Source: Octopus vulgaris | Lineage: Eukaryota | Length of the DNA stretch: 62,000 nt | Reading direction: 5' to 3' | Assembly: GCA_951406725.2 (NCBI GenBank) | Contig: OX597819.1 | Location: forward strand, 93,392,001-93,454,000 | Shown here: piece after piece, positions 12,235-25,480 of the stretch | How the letters are laid out: each line of letters opens with the position of its first letter | Position numbering within the stretch: the stretch's first letter is position 1 | Notes under the pieces: model-generated | The model's input: only the letters and a program-made list of their open reading frames with translations | Database searches by the model: none | Told to the model about the DNA's origin: nothing | Made by a program: the position numbers and the translations under genes

Positions 12235-12537
12235 CTAAAAAAAAGAGATATAAAAAAATTAAAAAAAACAAAAGCAACGGTGTAGAAATTTTCCAAAATA
12301 TTCCCAGAACCAGTTCGAACAGTAAATATCAGTTTCTGTTAACATTAGATGTGTTGTTACGCTAACTGCTGTTCCTGCTACTCTCATTCTTTATTGGTAT
12401 TAACGTTGTTGTTGTTGTTGTCGTTGTTGTTGTTCTTTAGTCCCAGGTCAACCCTGATCGAGTAACACCTATGATCAAAGACAGCCATTTCAATCCGATC
12501 TGGCTGAATCGTTAGCGCGTCGGACAAAACAGCTGCA

Positions 12538-13326
12538 TTTCTTCTGACCCCTTTACGTTCCGAGTTCAAATTCCGCCCTGGTCGACGGTGCCTCTCGTCC
12601 TTTTAGAGGGCCAATAAAATAAAGTACTATTCAAGTACTGAGGTCGATATAATCGACTCACCCTTTCCCTCAAAAGTACTGGCCTTTCACCAAAATTTCT
12701 TCTGACCCCTTTACGTTCCGAGTTCATATTCCACCTAGGTCGACGTAGCCTCTCATCCTTTTAGAGGGTCAATAAAACAAAGTACTATTCAAGTACTGAG
12801 GTCGATATAATCAACTCACCCCTTCCCTCAAAAGTACTGGCCTTTCACCAAAATTTCTTCTGACCCCTTTACGTTCCGAGTTCAAATTCCGCTCTGGTCG
12901 ACGGTGCCTCCCATCCTTTTAGAGGGTCAATAAAACAAAGTACTATTCAAGTACTGAGGTCGATATAATCAACTCATCCCTTCCCTCAAAAGTACTGGCC
13001 TTTCACCAAAATTTCTTCTGATCCCTTTACGTTCGAGTTCAAATTCCGCCCTGGTCGACGTAGCCTCTCGTCCTTTTAGAGGGTCAATAAAACAAAGTAC
13101 TATTCAAGTATTGAGGTCGATATAATCAACTCACCCCTTCCCTCAAAAGTACTGGCCTTTCACCAAAATTTCTTCTGACCCCTTTACGTTCCGAGTTCAA
13201 ATTCCGCCCTGGTCGACAGTGCCTCTCACCCTTTTAGAGGGTCAATAAAACAAAGTACTATTCAAGTACTGAGGTCGATATAATCAACTCACCCCTTCCC
13301 TCAAAAGTACTGGCCTTTTACCAAAC
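12538..13326 (+). repeat. Tandem array of 5 x ~158-bp units derived from the family A SINE body
   Basis: tttcttctga recurs at 12538, 12696, 12854, 13012 and 13169. A single SINE head precedes the array (about 12500-12537). Confidence 0.95.
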
Positions 13327-13799
13327 TCAGAAATAATTTCAACCGTGGGTTAACCACTCCGTACTCTTATAAAGCACGTTGTCCCGTGTGTACTTTCTAT
13401 TTAAGATAGTAGAATGTGATTTGATAGTAGAATGTGATTTGGCTGCTATTTCTAGCAAACGAAGAAGTCTTTACTGTTAACATACTGTCACTGCTCTCCG
13501 TGTTCGCTTCCTGATTGTTGCTGCTGTCCATGTTGTTGTTGTTTGTCTGCCGTTATTGTTGTACCTGTTTTTTTTTTTTTTACGGGTGTTGCTGCCGTTG
13601 TTGTTGCTGCTGCTGCTGCTGTCGCTGCTGGTGGTGTCGCTGCTGGTGGTGTCGCTGCTGTTGTTGACGCTGACACCTCGCTCAGATCTGCCATTACGGC
13701 AACATGTTAACTGCTTGCTAAGGTAGCTAGATTGCCAACATAGCTTTATTATATTATATAAACCGCCACTCCTCTTCTCTTCTAGCTTTTCGTTACTTG

Positions 13800-15200
13800 T
13801 TGCAGCTGATGACGACGACAATGATGATGATGATGACGACGACGATGATGATGATGATGATGATAATGATGATGATGATAGTGTTGGTGGTGGTGGTGAT
13901 ATTGATGATAATTATTACGGTGGTGATGATGGTAGTGGTGGTTGTCGTCGTCGTCGTGATATTGATGACGATGATGGCATTTATTGATCATGATGTTGAT
14001 AATGATAATGGTGATGATGGTGGTGTTGTTAGTGGTGGTGATATTGATGATAATTATTACGGTGGTGATGGTGGTAGTGGTGGTCGTCGTGATATTGATG
14101 ACGATGATGGCATTTATTGATCATAATGTTGATAATGATAATGATGATGTGGTGGGGTTGTTGTTGTTGTTGGTGGTGGTGGTGGTGATGGTCGTGATAT
14201 TGATCGCGATGATGGCATTTATTGATCATGATGTTGATAATGATAATGATGATGGTGTTGGTGGTGGTGGTGGTGGTGGCAGTGGTGGTTGGGATTTCGA
14301 TGACGATGATGATAACTTATTGATAATGTTAATGTCGCCGTTGTTGTTGTTGTTGTGGTTATTGTTGTTATTGTTGCTAGCAATGATGATGATGATAATG
14401 ATGAGACAGTAATTACGTTAGTTGCTGTCGTTGTCGTCGTAGTGGTGGCGATTGTTGTTGATAACGAACGACGTCAACGAACAAGGACAAAACAACGTTG
14501 ACGACCATCGATAAATAATAATAATATGGTGGTGGTGGTGGTGGTGGTGGTGGTGGTGGTGGTGGCGACGGCGGCGGTGTGAAGCTGGTTGTGGTGGTGG
14601 CGGCGGCGGCTCTTGTGGTGGGTGTTGTTGTGGGTGGTGGTGGTGGTGGTGGTGGTGGTGGTATTATTGATGGCGGCGGTGGAGGCAGTCGATGGTAGTG
14701 GTAGTGGTAGTAATCAGTGTTAATGCTGATGATGCTATTAAAGCCAGCGATGCTCTTGGCGCTGCCGGTGACAATGACGACGATGATGTTGATGATGATG
14801 ATGATGATGATTGTGATGATGATGACGATGTTGACGACGATGATGTTGACGACGATGATGTTGACGACGATGTTGACTATGACGATGATGACGACGACGA
14901 TGATGACGACGACGATGATGATGACGATGATGACGACGATGATGATGATGATGACGATGATGACGACGACGACGATGATGATGACGATGATGATGATGAT
15001 GATGACGATGATGATAACGATGATGATGATGGTAACGATGACGGTGACGATATGACGACGACGACTATGATGATGACGATGATGATTACGAAGGCGACGA
15101 TGACGATGATGATGATAATGATGACAGGGATGATAGTAACGATATTAGTTAAAATGTTGACGATAATGAAAGACCATGATGATGATGATGATGATGGCTG
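13800..15200. repeat. Compound trinucleotide region (GAT/GAC/GGT/GTT) with ~100-130 bp higher-order duplications
   Basis: ggcatttattgatcat recurs at about 13977, 14110 and 14214. A long mixed (GAT/GAC)n runs about 14770-15020. Confidence 0.9.
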
Positions 15201-15584
15201 CTTGGCTGTTCTGTAAGCAACTCCGCCTTCGGTTCTTATTGACGCCAAACACCACCACCACCATCACCATCACCGTTACCACCGTCACCTACACTGTACA
15301 ACAATCACCAGCTGAGATCCCAGTTTTAATACAGTTGAATGATGCGTTATAGAAAACTCCTCAGCGAACAGGTTAATTGGGGGAGGAGAGTGAGGAGAAG
15401 GGAAGTAGGAGAGGAGAGGAGGAGGAGGAGGAGGAGGAAAGAGCAGGAGCGAAAGGAGGGGACGAGGCGGAGGCGGAGGTGGAGGTGGAGTAGGGATGGG
15501 TCAGGTTGTAGGTTTTTTTTTCTTCTTCTTTTCATTGGATGTACTTTTCTTCCTCCTCCCCTTCTTTCAATCTCTCTCCTTTTT

Positions 15585-15617
<33 letters not shown>

Positions 15618-15686
15618 CTCTCTGTCTTTCACTGTCGTCTTTCTGACTTCCTACTTCAACCTCACTGCATTTGCTTCCTTCTTTCC

Positions 15687-15726
<40 letters not shown>

Positions 15727-15783
15727 ACACACATACACACATACACACACACATACACACACACATACACGCACACACGCGCG

Positions 15784-15824
<41 letters not shown>

Positions 15825-15915
15825 GCGCGCGCGCGCGCGCGCGCGTGCACAAGCATGCATTTAAACATGCTTCCATTCTCCTGCTCATTCGATCTGTTTC
15901 TCCCTACTTCACTTT

Positions 15916-15969
<54 letters not shown>

Positions 15970-16147
15970 ATATATGCATATATATAAATAAATATACGCG
16001 TACAAACACACACACACACATATATATATAAATACTTGTATGGATGTATAAATTTATATAAATAAGGATTAGATTGTTATTTAAATACCGATCTTATCAG
16101 GTGGCCAGCATGGGAATACAAACCTTCAAAGGTAACAATTATTATAT

Positions 16148-16294
16148 AAATTATAATTTATGGTAGCTAAGAGATACCACCACGCTGGAAATAGCAGCCA
16201 AAACTTGACTCTAAAACCACATTAAATGTTCAGCGAAGTTTTGGCTGGTATTTCCAGCGTGGTGGTATCTCTTAGATACCCTAAATTATAATTT
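16148..16294. repeat. Local inverted repeat, ~59-bp arms with 29-nt spacer
   Basis: ttataatttatggtagctaagagataccaccacgctggaaatagcagccaaaactt pairs with aagttttggctggtatttccagcgtggtggtatctcttagataccctaaattataa, 3 mismatches. Confidence 0.9.
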
Positions 16295-16419
16295 TAATAA
16301 TACATGTATAGATAGATAGATAGGTGCATACATACATATACGCATATATACATTTATGTAATTTTAAATTCTTTTATCCCTTTCAGCCATGCGGCTGTGG
16401 TCATGCTGGAGCACCACTG

Positions 16420-16464
<45 letters not shown>

Positions 16465-16518
16465 GTGTGTGTGTGCTTGTGTCTCTATACATACACACGC
16501 ACAAACACACATATATAT

Positions 16519-16828
16519 TCTTTTACTAGTTTCAGTGAGTTGATTGCGGCCATGCTGGAGCACCGCCTTAAAGGATGTTTGTCGAAGAAATCGAACTTAG
16601 GACTTATTCTTTGTAAGTCTAGAACTTATTCTATCGGTTCCTTATGCTGAACCGCTAAGTTACGGGGACATAAACACACCAGCATCCGTTGTCAAGCGAT
16701 TGCGAGGGGAAAACCACAGTCACAAACACACAAGTATGTATGTATATATATATATGACGTTTCCGTCTACCAAATCCAGTTTCTGTCTACTAAATCCACT
16801 CACAAGGCTTTTGGTCAGCCCGAGGCTA
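16519..16828 (-). mobile_element. 5'-truncated family B SINE
   Basis: ttttactagtttcagtgagttgattgcggccatgctggagcaccgcc...ggtcagcccgaggcta. Confidence 0.75.
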
Positions 16829-16830
16829 TG

Positions 16831-16862
<32 letters not shown>

Positions 16863-16958
16863 TATGTGTGTGTATGTGTATATGTGATCCGGCATGGCCA
16901 CATTCCAATGACTATAACAAGAAAGTTTAATGTTTAAATATAAATTCCATGTGTGTGC

Positions 16959-17050
<92 letters not shown>

Positions 17051-17819
17051 GTATATATATATATATACATATATATATATAGTTCTGTATTTTATTAATT
17101 CATTTTTCATCTTCCCTCTCTGTCTCTCTCTCTCTCTCTCTATTCTTTTTTTTCTTCCACGCTTCCAGTTCGCCTTCTCCATAATTTCTTTCCTTTCGAT
17201 CCATTCACCTTTCTTTCTATCCTTTCAGTTTTGCTTATCTCTCCTACTTTCACTATCTTTCTACCGTTAGCTAATTTCACTCTCATACACACGTGCGCAC
17301 GCGCACACACACACACACACACACACACATACATGCATACATACACACTTCTCCCCATTCAAAGGCTTTTCTGAAAGAGAAGGCTCGTTTGAAAACTTAG
17401 CGTAGTAGCACAAGGCCAGCGGTTATGAGGAGTGGCTTTAAGTTGATACGATGAGCGTTAAAACTTGGTAGATCTGGTGTTATATTTTGTCCTCGAAATA
17501 ATCCTTTCTACTTTTGGTACAAAGCCTGGAATTTGTGGCGATGGAGATAGTCAACCACAGCGACACCAGCACTTGACTGGTACTTGATTGAACGATTCCA
17601 AAATGATGAAAAGCAAAATCGATCTGGGCGAAATTTGAACTCAAAACATAAAAAAAAAGAAAAGCGGACGAAATGCATTTTGCTCGACGCGCTAAAGATT
17701 CTGCCACTTCACCGCCCTCTATTTTCGAAATAATGAAAGTTGTAGCCAGCTTTTACGGGATTTGAACACAGAACCAAACAGAAACGAAGAAGAATACAGC
17801 AAAACAGTTTGTCGGACAT

Positions 17820-18155
17820 TTAGGTTCGGTCCTACTATGTGGCACCTTGCACAAGTTCCTTCTACTATAACAGCGGACCGATGAAACACTTTTGAGTGGA
17901 TATGGTAGGCAGGAATAGAAAGAAGCCCGTCGCGCGTATGTGTGTGTGTGTTTGTGCTCCAATACCGCTTGACTACAAGTGTTGGTGTGTTTACGTCCCC
18001 ATAACTTGGCTGTTCGGCAAGATAGACGGTTAGAATAAATACCAGGCTCGACAAAAACCGTAGACGGGTTGATACATACGACGAAAAATTCTTCACGGCG
18101 GTGCTCTAGCATAGCCGCAGTCACGTCAAATGACTGAAACTAGTAAAAGATTTAA
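17820..18155 (+). mobile_element. Diverged family B SINE
   Basis: ggttcggtcctactatgtggcaccttgcacaag...ggcggtgctctagcatagccgcagtca...gactgaaactagtaaaag. Confidence 0.7.
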
Positions 18156-18182
18156 AATATAAAGGTATATATATATATATAT

Positions 18183-18928
18183 ACCTTTGCATTTGATTTT
18201 TTAATGTCTCTACCCTCATACTTTCGTGAGTTGAGTTGAGCAAACACTATATGAGAGAGATTTTCTTTAAGTATTGGAGATAGTTTTAAAAAAGTTTTTT
18301 TTAGCTGCTATTTCTAATGAGTTCAGTATGCGGCAAAGTAATTTATTTTACTAAGCCCTTTTATATAATGTAATAATTTGAATTCGCCTTAAATGGTCCC
18401 TTTGTATACTGAATACTTGGTGAAATTGATTAATTAATTAATTTTACCCTCAATTGTTGAAATTATAATTCATCTCTCTCTATATAATGCCTCGGATTTT
18501 ACCGAAAAAAGCATAGTGTTTGCTGATTTTAACCCACGCTGGTGGAAAGGGGAGAGCAGAAATTCTTCGTTTGCATATTTGAATTTGCTAGCACTGTTAG
18601 TTTTGAGCAGATCTTCAGAAGCGATAACAGGCCGAAAGGGTATGCTCCCACTTTCAGTGTTTTCAAATCCAAACCAGGGAGTTCTGAGCTGATGATGGAA
18701 GTGTCGATTTTGACTAATCTTGAAACGTACGTTCTCAAATAACCTTTGCATTTGATTTTTTAATGTCTCTACCCTCATACTTTCGTGAGTTGAGTTGAGC
18801 AAACACTATATGAGAGAGATTTTCTTTAAGTATTGGAGATAGTTTTAAAAAAGTTTTTTTTAGCTGCTATTTCTAATGAGTTCAGTATGCGGCAAAGTAA
18901 TTTATTTTACTAAGCCCTTTTATATAAT
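18183..18928. repeat. Identical 187-bp direct repeats, period 559 bp
   Basis: 18183-18369 equals 18742-18928 (acctttgcatttg...taagcccttttatataat), with (AT)n on both outer sides. Confidence 0.95.
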
Positions 18929-19347
18929 ATATATATATGTATATATAGTGGCTGTGTGGTAAGTAGCTTGTCCCCCAATGCCGCTTGACTACAAGTGTTG
19001 GTGTGTTTACGTCCCCATAACTTGGCAGTTCGGCAAGAGGGATGGTTAGAATAAATTTTTATGCCCCATACCTGTTGGTTCCACAAATAAAAATTATCGG
19101 GGTTGAAGAAAAAGGAGCAATAACTTTGAAAACGGTGCCCCCAGAATGTTCAGTGACTAAAGAATTAGTCAAAAACTAGTCTCTTGTTTGTCTATCTTTC
19201 TATTTTTCCTCTTGCAGTCTTTGAGGGACCCATTTTCTTTTTTTCTGTTACTCTCTCACACACACACAGACTCAGTCAAAGTCGTAAACATGTTCGAATC
19301 CCCTGTCCCGCCAGCCCTTACTCAGCACTTTTGTCTCGCTCTAGCTC

Positions 19348-19740
<393 letters not shown>

Positions 19741-20071
19741 ATCCAACTCACATAATGCTGTAGCCATCTTCTTCTTTCCCGCTGCTGTCCTGTTTTCGTT
19801 TTCCATTCCTTCATCACCATCATCGTCGTCATCGTCAATGTCGTCATCCTCCTCCTCCACAACATCCTCCTCATCATCTCATAATCATCATCATCATCAT
19901 CATCGCCGTCATCATGGTCGTCATCAATATCATCACCATCGTCATCATTATAGTCAACATCAACAACATTCTTTCTCTCGCCCTCACGGTCACTTCTCTC
20001 CGCATCTCTCTGTCTTTCATTTTGTTTTTCTCCCTCATTGTCCCACTTTCGTATCTCATACTGTGTTAATC

Positions 20072-20128
<57 letters not shown>

Positions 20129-20219
20129 TGTATTGTCCTCCTCATCCTTCGCCCTTGTGGCAAATAAAGGAAATTATTATTATTTATATTATTATTATTA
20201 TTATCTATTATTATCTATC

Positions 20220-20265
<46 letters not shown>

Positions 20266-20269
20266 GCTA

Positions 20270-20491
20270 AGGCAGCGAGCTAACAAAGTAATTGCCGCGC
20301 CGGACAAATTGCTGAGCATCATTTCGACCGTCTTCACGTTCTGAGTTCAAATTCCGCTGAGGTCAACTTCGCTTTTCATGCTTTCAGGGTCGATAAAACA
20401 AATACCATTTGAACGCTGGGGGGGGGGTCAATGTAAGTGACTTACTCTATCCTCTCAAAGATTGCTGGCCTTGTGCCAAACTGAGAAAGAA

Positions 20492-20543
<52 letters not shown>

Positions 20544-20775
20544 CATTATTATTATTATTATTATTTCTAAGTCGGCAAGCTGGCAGAATCGTTAGCACGC
20601 CGGGCAAAATGCTTAGCGGCATTTCACTCGTCTTCACGTTCTGAGTTCAAATTCCGCCGAGGTCTACATTGCCTCTCATCCTTTCGGGATCGAAAAAGTA
20701 TGTACCAGTTCAACACTGGTGTCGATGCAATCGACTTGTCCCCTTCGCTCAAACTAGCTGACCTTGCGCCGAAAT
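20270..20775 (+). mobile_element. Two family A SINEs separated by (ATT)n
   Basis: ggcagcgagc...gagttcaaattcc from about 20270 and ggcaagctggcagaatcgttagcacgccggg from about 20574. Confidence 0.75.
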
Positions 20776-21201
20776 CTAAAACTATTATCATTATTATTAT
20801 TATTTCTTTCTCGACCTTCTCAAATCAAATTACAATTATCTTCTGTGACTAATAGATTTTCTAGATTGACACCAGCACTACATTTTTCCTTTTTCTTTTT
20901 CTTTTTTCAAGCTACATCGCATAAAACCCCCGCCCAGAGCCATCGCCACCACCAGCAACAACAACGACACAAACAACAAGCGTAACCATCCATAGTTTTA
21001 ACACGTGATACATGAATACCCATGCATACATACATGCATGCATAGATAAATACATGCACGAATGCATGCATACATGCTTGCATACATATATGTAAAATAT
21101 ATGTGTATATACATACATACACACACATATATAAGTAATTTATATATATGTATATATATAATTATGTGCTTATAATTATGTATATATGTATACATACATA
21201 G

Positions 21202-21247
<46 letters not shown>

Positions 21248-21272
21248 GTGTATATATATGTGTGTGAGTCAG

Positions 21273-21303
<31 letters not shown>

Positions 21304-21688
21304 TATTCAGGTGTGTGTTTGTGTGTGAATATATATTACATACATACATCTTCGTGTGGTGGTGGTGGTGGTGGTGGTAGTGGTGGTATCTTTCTTTTAT
21401 ATCAATTGTCAATCTTTGGCAACGGAAAGAGAGAACAAACGGGATATACATACATACATACATACATATACATATATACTATAAAATAACAGAATATAGA
21501 ATAAATCATGTGCTTAATCGAGAAAATGGATTCGTTACCACCGCATTGTCGTTCTTGTCGCATCGCTACTGTTATTGTCAGCCATTGCCATCATAATAAT
21601 TGTTGATGATATTGTTGTATGTATGTATGTATGTATGTGTATATGTATGTATATATATACATACACATACATATATATATATACACAC

Positions 21689-21734
<46 letters not shown>

Positions 21735-22080
21735 CACACACACGTAAATGTAGGACGATGGAATGAGTACTCAATACCGCATTGGTGGATAAATAATTTC
21801 CTTATTTGTGAATTAAGGCTCTGATTAGTTTCATGTTGGATATTTTCCTAATCTTCGTAACATGAAACCAATGGTAGCCTTAATTTACGAATAAAGAATA
21901 TGTGTGTGTGTGTGTTTAAAAAAAATAAGTACTTGGGGTCACATAAACGATATGTATGTATGTATGAATAGATGGATGGATGGATGCATGCACGCACAGG
22001 CATGGATGTATGGCTAAGAAGTTCGCTTTGCAACCCAGTGGTTTCGGATCCGGATCAGCTGCATTATTCCATCGGCTGAT

Positions 22081-22240
22081 CATCGCCTTATGAGAATATT
22101 TGTTCGACCGGATGGTAAGGAGGGCAATGAAGGCAGAAGAGATAGACAACAGAACCAGAAGCAGACCTCGGAATGTGTGGGTGGATGTTGTGAGGAAAGC
22201 TTTGGTGGTTAGAGGTGTTGGGACGAGAGAGAGAATTTGA
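22081..22240 (+). pseudogene. RTE-clade LINE ORF C-terminal fragment
   Basis: Translates to HRLMR...DRMVRRAMKAEEIDNRTRSRPRNVWVDVVRKAL, matching the GHxxR...R.RGRPRxxWxDxV motif at the end of RTE ORFs. Confidence 0.6.
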
Positions 22241-22484
22241 TGTTACTCAAAGGAATCCGGAACGAGTATGATGCGGCGGGGGTAAACCAGCATATGCTGT
22301 CGGGCTCCGCTTCTGATATTGGTGGCTGCGTTCTATGCCTTGACCCGAGCTCAGGACGCGGCTAGCCTCTTTGAGCTGGGAAATGAATGGAATGCCTTGT
22401 GTGTGTCTTGTTGTGGCTACCCCTCCTAAAAAATGGTGAATAGGCCTGGGTACTTGTATATATATACATATATATATATATATA

Positions 22485-22670
22485 CTGTTGTGTCTGGGGA
22501 GAGTCATTTTCTTTTTGTGCCTCATAATGTAACACACTCACAGGTAAAATTTCCACTTAATTCTTATCTTTATTTTCGTTGCGTCTTGACTCTCCGCAGA
22601 CACAACAAAATATGCTTCAACACACGAACTCATATAAAGAATCTTGCAAACCAAATCCAAAAGCGAAATA
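22485..22670 (-). mobile_element. Internally deleted copy of the foldback element at 32483-32805
   Basis: Same arm sequence (gagtcattttctttttgtgcct...cactcacaggtaaaatttccactt...ttcgttgcgtctt), then only 20 bp of the opposite arm and the same unique flank in reverse orientation. Confidence 0.85.
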
Positions 22671-22741
22671 TGTATATACATATATATGTATATATGTATT
22701 ATGTATATATATATATTATGTATACATACAATCATACATAC

Positions 22742-22826
<85 letters not shown>

Positions 22827-23703
22827 TGATCGCAAACTGAGAAGTCAAAATACGGGAGTACTCATAATTACAAAGCCAAAAGATAATATTTTAGTTCTTT
22901 TAAGTAATATATTAACCACCTTGCCATTATGACTACTGTTTCGTTTAGAAACCATTCTTTATATAACCGGGTCACGAATTTAACATAGTTAAATGTGTCA
23001 TCCTATAGTCTACAAAAGCGGACAGCCTGAGGAATGCCGTAAAACAATGGTTTTGAAACTGACAGTATTCTTCATGCGCTAACCCGTTAATGTATTTCTT
23101 ATAAAGAAAAGAATAATTCTTCTTATGATCATTATGTTACGTGTGCATGCACGAGTGTTGTGACACTGTATTGACACGCAGAAATTCACACATATAGAAA
23201 TATAGAGAAATATGTATAAGCATAACACAGTTACGCATAAATATTCAACGTGTCAAGATGCATGAAACACAAGGAAGTACGTATTCACGGAAAGTCAGAT
23301 ATAACTATACGTAAGCGATCAACAACAGTAACACATCATAAGGCAAAATGGAAGCGATCATTGTTAAGTAATTTCAATTAGTACTTTCATCTTCGTGAAA
23401 ATCATATTCTACTTTATTCTGTTTATATTCTACCTTTGTTCAGTAATATTTGAGAACAAACAGAGATATTTTACATATTTAGTGAAAATAAAAAGAATTA
23501 TTATTAGTTAGAAAAGCTTTTTACAAAATGTCTGTTCTTTTAGCATCTAATACAACCCGTATACTTTCAGTATATTTTCCCGTTTATACATTAAAGGCCA
23601 TCAGTGGCTTTAGGACATTACTGTTCGATATACAAGTGTGCGTTTGTGTGTACACATATATGTACATATACGCATATGTAGAGATGAGTTTGTATATATT
23701 TGT

Positions 23704-23737
<34 letters not shown>

Positions 23738-23752
23738 GTGGTATATATATAT

Positions 23753-23796
<44 letters not shown>

Positions 23797-24002
23797 GTAT
23801 GTGTGTACATATATATGTATCTATATAGACAGAGAGAGGGACTGAGAGAGAGAGACAATTATATATAAGTATATATGTATGTGGATATATATATATATGT
23901 ATATAAATGCATATATACATATATATATTTAAAGGTATATATATGCATATGTATGTATATGTGCATATGTATGTATATGTGTCCGAGTCAGTCATCATGA
24001 CA

Positions 24003-24190
24003 GATCGTTAGCCACTACACACATTTTTTCTCTCTTTGTTTCTCTCCTTGTTTTTTTCTGTGTCCCTTTCTGTAGAAGAGCGTAGGCTCGAAACGTAAAA
24101 GACTTTTTCTATTCCTGAGCGTTATACTAATACATGTTTGTTTTGTACACTACCTGTCTTCGTCTTTTGTTTTTTTCGTAAACTCTCCCT
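24003..24190 (+). mobile_element. Penelope-like element tail with minimal hammerhead-like motif
   Basis: cttt-CTGTAGA-a-gagc gtag gctc-GAAACGTA-aaag at 24066-24101. Homologous to the minus-strand copy at 27826-28150. PLE assignment is inferred from this motif. Confidence 0.55.
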
Positions 24191-24199
24191 ATCTATCTA

Positions 24200-24271
<72 letters not shown>

Positions 24272-24589
24272 AAATTTAAAATTAAGGATAAAATCTTTAT
24301 AAGAAATTATCAGTAGTTAGCGTGAAAGACCTCGTAAGAGAAAAATCTGTAAATTTTGTAACGTTGTGTTTTTTCTTATGTCTTGAGTTCGTTGCACTGA
24401 AGAGCATAAAATGCATATTCTGCATTGATTGCGAAATCACAGGTGATTTGTAACTAAATTCTGTTTTTAAATGACTTGCTTTGAAGTTTTGCATTCGGTA
24501 CAATTTGTTTACTTTAGTAGTTTTGACTGCAATAGTCCCTCCTAGCGTGCGGTACCTATGAATAATAGTACCCTCTATATAATATAAAT

Positions 24590-24660
<71 letters not shown>

Positions 24661-24863
24661 CACTGAAATTCCAACTTAGTCTGATTTTCACGTCTTCTTT
24701 TTTGCAATTTTTCCAATTTTCCAATTTTTCAGTTTTACAATTTTACAATAGAGAAACAAAACTAGTACTTTCATTCGTTACGCAATCATCATGTTAATGT
24801 AGTGATAGTTGTGTTCCACAATTGACCCATTATGGAATACAATCGTCACAACATAAATAGTCG

Positions 24864-25400
24864 CAGGAGTGGTTGTGTGGTAAGGAGATTGCTTTCCAAC
24901 CACATGGTTCCGAGTTCAGTCCCACTGCGTGGCACCTTGGACAAGTGTCTTCTACAATAGTAGGAGTGATATGATAAGGCTGTATTAAGGGATGGGTAGA
25001 GAAACGGTATGATGGGTGATACCAAAGTAAGTAGTAGTTTTAGTGATATGCAGTCTAATACATGACCCAAATTAAACTCCTCATTCGTATCACGATCGAA
25101 CCAAGAGTTTAACTATGGTCTGTCCTTAGCACGTACTGCCACTCTCTGGGTCTTCTAGGTACCAATAACTTTTAGACCCTCACTATATATATATGTGTGT
25201 GTATGTATGTATTTGTGTGTCTGTGTCTGTCCTCCCGCCATCGCTTGACAATCAATGTTGGTGTGTTCATGTCCCCGTAACTTAGCGGTTCATCAAAAGA
25301 TACCGATAGACTAAGTACTAAGCTTACAAAGAATAAGTCCTGGGGCGATTTGCTCGACTAAAGGCGGTGCTCCAGAATAACTGCAGTTAAATTACTAAAA
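24864..25400 (+). mobile_element. Family B SINE with ~220 bp of unrelated sequence replacing its middle
   Basis: Head runs to gtcttctacaatag (24960). Foreign sequence spans 24961-25180, then the normal 3' half follows. Confidence 0.75.
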
Positions 25401-25426
25401 CAAGTAAAAGAATAAAAGACTTTCTC

Positions 25427-25480
<54 letters not shown>

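Noticed and set aside
12538-13326. CRISPR-like regular array
   Set aside because: The units are contiguous near-identical 158-mers with no unique spacers, in eukaryotic DNA without cas genes.
14692-15248. Poly-Asp, poly-Met/Thr and poly-Ser ORFs of 112-174 aa
   Set aside because: They are translations of a (GAT/GAC)n tract that is open in several frames, with no splice or domain support.
15339-16031. 230-aa ORF starting MMRYRKLLSEQ
   Set aside because: It runs through purine, CT, CA and AT simple repeats with no recognisable domain.
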